This document shows positions 40,034-45,102 of a stretch of DNA of 45,102 bases, piece after piece. Every line of letters begins with the position of its first letter. Position 1 is the first letter of the stretch. The translations under genes and the position numbers were made by a program. The stretch is from Candidatus Eiseniibacteriota bacterium (lineage in GTDB: Bacteria > Eisenbacteria > RBG-16-71-46). The notes beneath the pieces are model-generated. The model did not search any database. It saw nothing but the letters and a program-made list of their open reading frames with translations, and was not told the DNA's origin. The stretch covers positions 1 through 45,102 of the forward strand of contig JBGAOA010000038.1 in NCBI GenBank assembly GCA_044222065.1, written 5' to 3'.

Positions 40034-41566
40034 ATGGCCCGTCTCGTGGAATGCGTTCCGAACTTTTCCGAAGGCCGCCGCCGCGACGTGGTGGAGGCGC
40101 TGATCGAGACCATCGCCGGAACGCCGGGCGTGATCCTGCTCGACTCCGAGATGGACCCGGACCACAACCGCTCGGTGCTGACGTTCGCGGGCGAGCCCGA
40201 TCCCGTGTGCGAGGCGGCGTTCCGCGTCGTCGCGAAGGCGCGCGAACTCATCGACCTGAACCACCACAAGGGCCAGCACCCGCGCATGGGCGCGACCGAC
40301 GTCGTGCCGTTCGTGCCGGTCGAAGGCGTGACGCTCGACGACTGCGCCGAACTCGCGCGCCGCGTCGGGAAGCGCATCGGCGAGGAGCTCGCGATCCCCG
40401 TGTTCCTGTACGAGGCCGCGGCGTCCCGGCCCGACCGGACAAGCCTCGCGGACGTGCGGCGCGGCGAGTTCGAGGGCCTGCGCGAGGCGATCGGGCGCGA
40501 CGCGAACCGCGTGCCCGACTTCGGGCCTTCGAAGATCCACGCGACCGCGGGCGCGACGGCCGTCGGCGCGCGGCGCTTCCTCGTCGCGTTCAACGCGAAC
40601 CTCAACACGCCCGACGTGCGGGTCGCGAAGGCGATCGCGGCGAGCGTGCGCGAGCAGAGCGGGGGCTTGAGGAACGTGCGCGCGCTCGGCTTCTCGATCG
40701 AGGGCGGGCGGCGCGCGCAGGTGAGCATGAACCTCGTCAACACCGAGGCGACGCCGATCCATCGCGTGATGGCGCTGATCCGCGACGTCGCGGCGCGCCA
40801 CGGCGCCGCCGTGCAGGGCTGCGAGGTCGTCGGCCTGATCCCCGAGGCGGCGATGCTCGACGTCGCCGAGCACGCGCTCCAGCTCGAGAACTTCCGCCGC
40901 GACCAGGTGCTCGAGCTGCGGCTCAAGCGCCCGCCGCTCACCGAGGCCGTGACGCTCGGAGGCGTGCTCGAGGACGTCGCCGGGCCGACGCCGACGCCGG
41001 GCGGCGGTACCGTGTCGGCGCTCGCGGGCGCGCTCGCGAGCGCGCTCGCGACGATGGTCGCGAACCTCACGATCGGGAAGAAGAAGTACGCGGCCGCCGA
41101 GGCCGAGATGCGCGACATCAAGGCGGGGGCCGACGCGCTGCGCCGCGAACTGCTCGGGCTCGCGCGCCGGGACGCCGAGGCGTTCGACGCCGTGCTGCGG
41201 GCCCGGCGGCTCCCTGAGGCGACCGCGGGGGAGCAGGCCGACAAGGCGAAGGCGCTCGCCGCGGCCGACCTCGGGGCCGCCCGCGTCCCGCTCGAGACGG
41301 CGGCGGCGTGCGTCCAGGTCGTGGCGCTCGCCGGAAAGGCCGCGCAACGCGGGAACGTGAACGCCGTTACGGACGCCGGGGTGGCCGGATGGCTCGGCCG
41401 GGCGGGGGCCGAAGGCGCGCTCCTCAACGTCGAAATCAACCTGAAGTCCCTGCCGGAGGGCGCCGATAAGGAAGCCGTGGAGATGGAATTGCGCCGCACT
41501 CGCGAAGCGCTGGACGCCGCCGTTCGGGGGTGTCTCGACGCGGTGCGCGCATCCTTGAACGCCTAG
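40034..41566 (+). CDS. ftcD: Bifunctional glutamate formimidoyltransferase / formimidoyl-THF cyclodeaminase (510 aa)
   Basis: LVECVPNFSEGR, DHNRSVLT, HKGQHPRMGATDVVPF, GATAVGAR and QVSMNL, followed by a cyclodeaminase domain TPTPGGGTVSAL...GNVNAVTDAGVA...NVEINL. Confidence 0.95.
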   Translation: MARLVECVPNFSEGRRRDVVEALIETIAGTPGVILLDSEMDPDHNRSVLTFAGEPDPVCEAAFRVVAKARELIDLNHHKGQHPRMGATDVVPFVPVEGVTLDDCAELARRVGKRIGEELAIPVFLYEAAASRPDRTSLADVRRGEFEGLREAIGRDANRVPDFGPSKIHATAGATAVGARRFLVAFNANLNTPDVRVAKAIAASVREQSGGLRNVRALGFSIEGGRRAQVSMNLVNTEATPIHRVMALIRDVAARHGAAVQGCEVVGLIPEAAMLDVAEHALQLENFRRDQVLELRLKRPPLTEAVTLGGVLEDVAGPTPTPGGGTVSALAGALASALATMVANLTIGKKKYAAAEAEMRDIKAGADALRRELLGLARRDAEAFDAVLRARRLPEATAGEQADKAKALAAADLGAARVPLETAAACVQVVALAGKAAQRGNVNAVTDAGVAGWLGRAGAEGALLNVEINLKSLPEGADKEAVEMELRRTREALDAAVRGCLDAVRASLNA

Positions 41567-41618
41567 GCGGTGCATCGCACCCGGAGCGCATGACGCGCGG
41601 CCGGCGGAGACGGACAGC

Positions 41619-43673
41619 TTGGAAAAGGCGATCGAAATCAAGCGCCGGGCGCAGCGATGCGTCCAGAACGGCGATCTCGATGGGGCCCTCGCCGAGTACG
41701 AAAAGCTGATTCAGGTCGAGGATTCGGACCCGTACAACTTCGTCCTCCTCGCCGACCTTCACTTCAAGAAGGGCGACCTGAACAGCGCGGCGCAGCGCTA
41801 CCTGACGGCGGCCGCGGCGTACGAGAAGGCCGGGCTCTACAAGAACGCGATCGCCGTCTGCAAGAAGATGCTGCGGCTGTCGCTCTCGCCGTCGTCCGTG
41901 CTCGAACGACTCGCGGCGCTGCACGCGCTCGACGGACTGACGACCGAGTCGGCGCTCTACTACATGCAGTTCGCCGAAGGGCTCGTGCGCGAGGACCGGC
42001 TCGAGGAAGCCGCGACGTCGCTCCGCAAGGCGTTCGACACGTGCCCCGAGAACATCAAGGGTCTCGAGCGGCTCGCCGAAGTGCAGGTGCTGCTCGGCGA
42101 CAAGCCGGCCTCGTCCACGACCTGGCTCGAGGCCGCGACGAACTACCAGCGTGCCGGGCTCCTGCAGGACGCCGATCGCTGCCGCGCGCGCGCCGACCAG
42201 CTGAGCGGCGGCGCCGCCGAGTCGTCCGCGGCGAGCGCGCCGGCTCCTGCGCCCGCGCGTCCGGCGGCGTACGAAGTGCACGATCCGACGGCGCTGTCGC
42301 TGCCGGGCACGGCGGAGGCGCACGTCGGTCCGCCGCGCCTGCCGTCGCTCGTGACGAGCGAGCCCGAGGTCGCTGACGCCGAGCCGGAGATCGCGATCGA
42401 GGAGCCGGCGCCCACCGCCGAGACCGCGCCGCCGCGCTTCGAGGCGCCGCGGCTCGAGACCGTCGAGCGCGAGATGGCGAGCTTCGCGAACACCGTCGCG
42501 CCCGGCGCGGCCGCGCAGGGGATCGAGCACGGCAGCTCGCTCGCGCCCGCTCCGCCGCCCGCGGCGATCGAGGTTCCCGAGGACGCGCCGGCCGAGGCGG
42601 CCGAGGTGATCGAAGAGGCGCCCGTCGCCGAGGACGAGGCGCCGGTCGGCGTCGCGCCGCACGCGACGGCCGAGGCGCCCGGTCTGGCGTTCGCGTCGGC
42701 GTCCGCGCCCGCGGCGGCGGACCCCGAGGCCGAAGCGGCCGAACGCCGCGCCGCGCAGGTGCGGCGCGTCGAGGACCTGCTGCAGCTCGCGCAGTCGCAG
42801 TTCCGCGCGGGCGAGCGCGACGCCGCGAGCCACACGCTCGTCGAGGCCGCCGGCGCGTACGACTCGCTCGGCCAGCACGACAGCGCGGCGACGATCTATC
42901 GCAGCCTGGGCAAGTCCACGCACGCCGGACGCGAAGTGATGACGCTGTGGCTCCAGAACTGCGAGCTGCGCCGCGATCACGTCGAGGCGGCGCAGGTCGC
43001 CTGCGAACTCGGCGACCGTTCGCTCAACGAGGGCGACAACGATTCCGCGAAGGGCTGGTTCGAGCGCGCGCTCGCCTACGACGCGAGCAACGCCGTCGCG
43101 CGCCGCCGCCTGCAGCGGCTGACGGGCGACGCCGGAGCGCCGGCGCTCGCGGCGGCCCCGGTCGGCGCCGCACCCGATTCGCCGCAGATGGAGATGGGCC
43201 GGGTCGAGGTCGCCGTGGGCCGTGGGGAAGCGGTCACGTTCGACCTCGGCTCGCTCGTCGCCGAGTTCCAGCGCGGCGTCGAGGTGCAGCTCGGCGGCGA
43301 CCCGCAGGGCCACTACGATCTCGGCATGACGTACCGCGAGATGGGGCTGCTCGAGCAGGCCGTCGATTCGTTCCGCACCGCGGGACGCACGCCCGGCTTC
43401 GAGCTGCGCTGCGCCGAGATGGTCGGCCGCTGCCTGCTCGACCAGGGCCGCTTCGACGAGGCCGCCGCGGAATTCCAGGGCGCGCTGTCGCGCAACCACA
43501 TCGCGCCCGAGATGGCGGCGGACCTGCACTACCAGCTCGGGCTCGCGCACGAGTCGGCCGGGCGGGCGGGCGATGCGCTCGCGTCGTTCGAGCGCTCCTA
43601 CGCGATCCAGCCGAACAACCCCGAGGTCGTGAACCGCATCCGCGCCCTGCGTCCGGGACCGGAGCGGCGCTGA
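41619..43673 (+). CDS. Tetratricopeptide-repeat protein with a central Pro/Ala/Glu-rich linker (684 aa)
   Basis: TTG start with GGAGA RBS. N-terminal TPR helices (GDLDGALAEYEKL, AIAVCKKML); C-terminal TPRs HYDLGMTYREMGLLEQA, GRCLLDQGRFDEA and HYQLGLAHE. Confidence 0.8.
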   Translation: MEKAIEIKRRAQRCVQNGDLDGALAEYEKLIQVEDSDPYNFVLLADLHFKKGDLNSAAQRYLTAAAAYEKAGLYKNAIAVCKKMLRLSLSPSSVLERLAALHALDGLTTESALYYMQFAEGLVREDRLEEAATSLRKAFDTCPENIKGLERLAEVQVLLGDKPASSTTWLEAATNYQRAGLLQDADRCRARADQLSGGAAESSAASAPAPAPARPAAYEVHDPTALSLPGTAEAHVGPPRLPSLVTSEPEVADAEPEIAIEEPAPTAETAPPRFEAPRLETVEREMASFANTVAPGAAAQGIEHGSSLAPAPPPAAIEVPEDAPAEAAEVIEEAPVAEDEAPVGVAPHATAEAPGLAFASASAPAAADPEAEAAERRAAQVRRVEDLLQLAQSQFRAGERDAASHTLVEAAGAYDSLGQHDSAATIYRSLGKSTHAGREVMTLWLQNCELRRDHVEAAQVACELGDRSLNEGDNDSAKGWFERALAYDASNAVARRRLQRLTGDAGAPALAAAPVGAAPDSPQMEMGRVEVAVGRGEAVTFDLGSLVAEFQRGVEVQLGGDPQGHYDLGMTYREMGLLEQAVDSFRTAGRTPGFELRCAEMVGRCLLDQGRFDEAAAEFQGALSRNHIAPEMAADLHYQLGLAHESAGRAGDALASFERSYAIQPNNPEVVNRIRALRPGPERR

Positions 43674-44527
43674 TGTCCGGGGCCCCGGGCGCGGGCCCGA
43701 TCCGGCGCGTGGACCTCCACGCCCACACGCTCTTCAGCGACGGCGAGCTGACCCCCGCCCGGCTCGTCGAGCGCGCCCGCGGACGCGGCGTGATCGCGCT
43801 CGCGATCACGGACCACGACACGGTCGCCGGGCTCGAGGAAGGGCGTGCCGCGTGCGGCGACGACATCGCGTTCGTGCCCGGCATCGAGATCTCGTGCTCG
43901 CGCGCGGGCGCCGACCTGCACCTGCTCGGCTACTTCGTCGCCGCCGACCACGCTCCGCTGCTGACGCGGCTCGAGCGCTTCCGGCACGAGCGCGTCGAGC
44001 GCGCGGGGGCGATCCTCGAGCGGCTCGAGTCGCTCGGCGTGCCGCTCGAACTCGACGACGTGCTCGGGCGCGCGGGCGGCGGCGTCGTCGGCCGGCCGCA
44101 CATCGCCCGCGCGCTCGTGGACGCGGGGCACGCCGACCACCTCGAGGACGCGTTCCGGCGCTTCCTCGGCGCGCGCGGCGCGGCGTTCGTTCCGCGGCCG
44201 GCGTTCTCGCCGGCCGAGGCGATCGCGCTCGTGCGCGATTCGGGCGGCGTCGCGGTACTCGCGCATCCGGGCGCGCAGCTCGACGAGGCCGTCGCGCGCG
44301 AACTCGTGACGGTCGGGCTGCAGGGCGTCGAGGTGTGGCATCCCGTCCACGCGAACGCCACGCAGCGGCGCTGGCTCGCGTTCACGCGCCGGCACCAGCT
44401 GCTCGCGACCGGCGGCTCGGATTACCACGGCGCCTCGCGCGCGGTGGACCTCGGCTCGCAGCGCGTGCCCGAGAAGGCGTACGAGGCGCTGCGCCGCGCC
44501 GCGCACGCGCGCGCCGCGCGCGCCTGA
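43673..44527 (+). CDS. PHP-domain phosphoesterase (TrpH/YciV family, 284 aa)
   Basis: TGATG overlap. DLHAHTLFSDG, AITDHDT, GIEIS, HLLGY, GRPHIARAL, LAHP and TGGSDYHG. Confidence 0.92.
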   Translation: MSGAPGAGPIRRVDLHAHTLFSDGELTPARLVERARGRGVIALAITDHDTVAGLEEGRAACGDDIAFVPGIEISCSRAGADLHLLGYFVAADHAPLLTRLERFRHERVERAGAILERLESLGVPLELDDVLGRAGGGVVGRPHIARALVDAGHADHLEDAFRRFLGARGAAFVPRPAFSPAEAIALVRDSGGVAVLAHPGAQLDEAVARELVTVGLQGVEVWHPVHANATQRRWLAFTRRHQLLATGGSDYHGASRAVDLGSQRVPEKAYEALRRAAHARAARA

Positions 44528-44543
44528 GTCCCGCGCTTCGCGG

Positions 44544-44573
44544 TTGACGCTCGCAGACGGCGGTCGCTAACCT
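44544..44573 (+). promoter_or_regulatory. Putative sigma70-type promoter of the ECF S-component gene
   Basis: TTGACG-N18-TAACCT, ~50 nt upstream of the inferred start. Confidence 0.45.
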
Positions 44574-44621
44574 GCGCGACCCGTCCGGCTCCCGTCCGAT
44601 CCCATCCCGAGGAGCTTCGTC

Positions 44622-45102
44622 ATCGCCCGCTCGTTCACTCCGCGCCGCCTCGCGTACGCGTCGCTGATGGTGGCGGCCGGACTCACCGGCGCCTACGCCG
44701 AGAACATCCCGAACTTCGAGATCCTCACCCTCGTGGCGTTCCTGTCGGGCGTGCTGCTCGGGGCCGCGGATGGCGCGCTCGTCGGCGCGGCGACGATCTT
44801 CGTCTTCAGCGCGCTCAACCCTTACGGCGTCGCGCACCCGCTCGTGATGGCTGCCCAGGTGCTGGGACTCGCGCCCGCCGGCGTCGTCGGCGCGGCGCTT
44901 GCGCGCACGCGGCTCTCGAGCGCCTCGTGGCCGATGCGCGCCGCCGTGCTCGCGGTCGCCGCGATCGCGCTCACGCTGTGGTACGACCTGCTCACGAACC
45001 TCGCCACGGCCGCGCTGTTCGGCCAGCTCGTCGCGTCGCTCGTCGCCGCCGTGCCGTTCACGGCCTGGCACGTCGCGACGAACGTCGCGCTGTTCGCCGT
45101 CG
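44622..45102 (+). CDS. ECF transporter S component (CbrT-like), runs off the window; possible ATC start
   Basis: Absent from the ORF track. Translated by hand: IARSFTPRRLAYASLMVAAGLTGAYAENIPNFEILTLVAFLSGVLLGAADGALVGAATIFVFSALNPYG...LWYDLLTN...FTAWHVATN. It has multiple TM helices and IPN.E / YD..TN / H..N motifs. Confidence 0.7.
   Translation, partial: MARSFTPRRLAYASLMVAAGLTGAYAENIPNFEILTLVAFLSGVLLGAADGALVGAATIFVFSALNPYGVAHPLVMAAQVLGLAPAGVVGAALARTRLSSASWPMRAAVLAVAAIALTLWYDLLTNLATAALFGQLVASLVAAVPFTAWHVATNVALFAV

Noticed and set aside
44528..44621. Cobalamin or other riboswitch upstream of the ECF S component
   Set aside because: The gap is under 100 nt, is largely occupied by a promoter-like motif and the RBS, and shows no B12-box.

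Overview
This is a very GC-rich, gene-dense bacterial chromosomal segment. The gene content (PorU/PorV homologues, FlgD-Ig/T9SS-type C-terminal domains, a Bacteroidota-style M23 peptidase) suggests a high-GC FCB-superphylum lineage such as Ca. Eisenbacteria; this is inference only. The left end carries a truncated alkaline-phosphatase-superfamily gene, a Ser/Thr kinase-BRCT fusion, a DUF1428 gene, tRNA-Glu(TTC) with a ~143-bp inverted-repeat element abutting its 5' end, an ExeA-like AAA-SPOR protein, pyrE, a large secreted S8 protease and an FN3 lipoprotein. From ~10 kb to the end every gene is on the + strand: M23 peptidase, dnaE-accA, then a tightly coupled run of Trm112, PorU-like C25 sortase, PorV, an M6-like metalloprotease with a CTD, two paralogous DUF5683-like proteins, an NHL propeller, a ~1,110-aa SprA-related outer-membrane protein and an Omp85 (BamA/TamA) protein. 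DinG, hutH-hutU-hutI, ftcD, a TPR protein, a PHP phosphoesterase and an ECF S component follow. The best candidate for an undescribed system is the type-IX-secretion-like outer-membrane export/attachment operon at 16.6-33.3 kb, which has no PorKLMN/GldKLMN motor genes in the window. The NHL gene, hutH and the start of the SprA-like gene contain clustered indels that look like consensus sequencing errors. All calls come from reading motifs by eye; no database searches were run.
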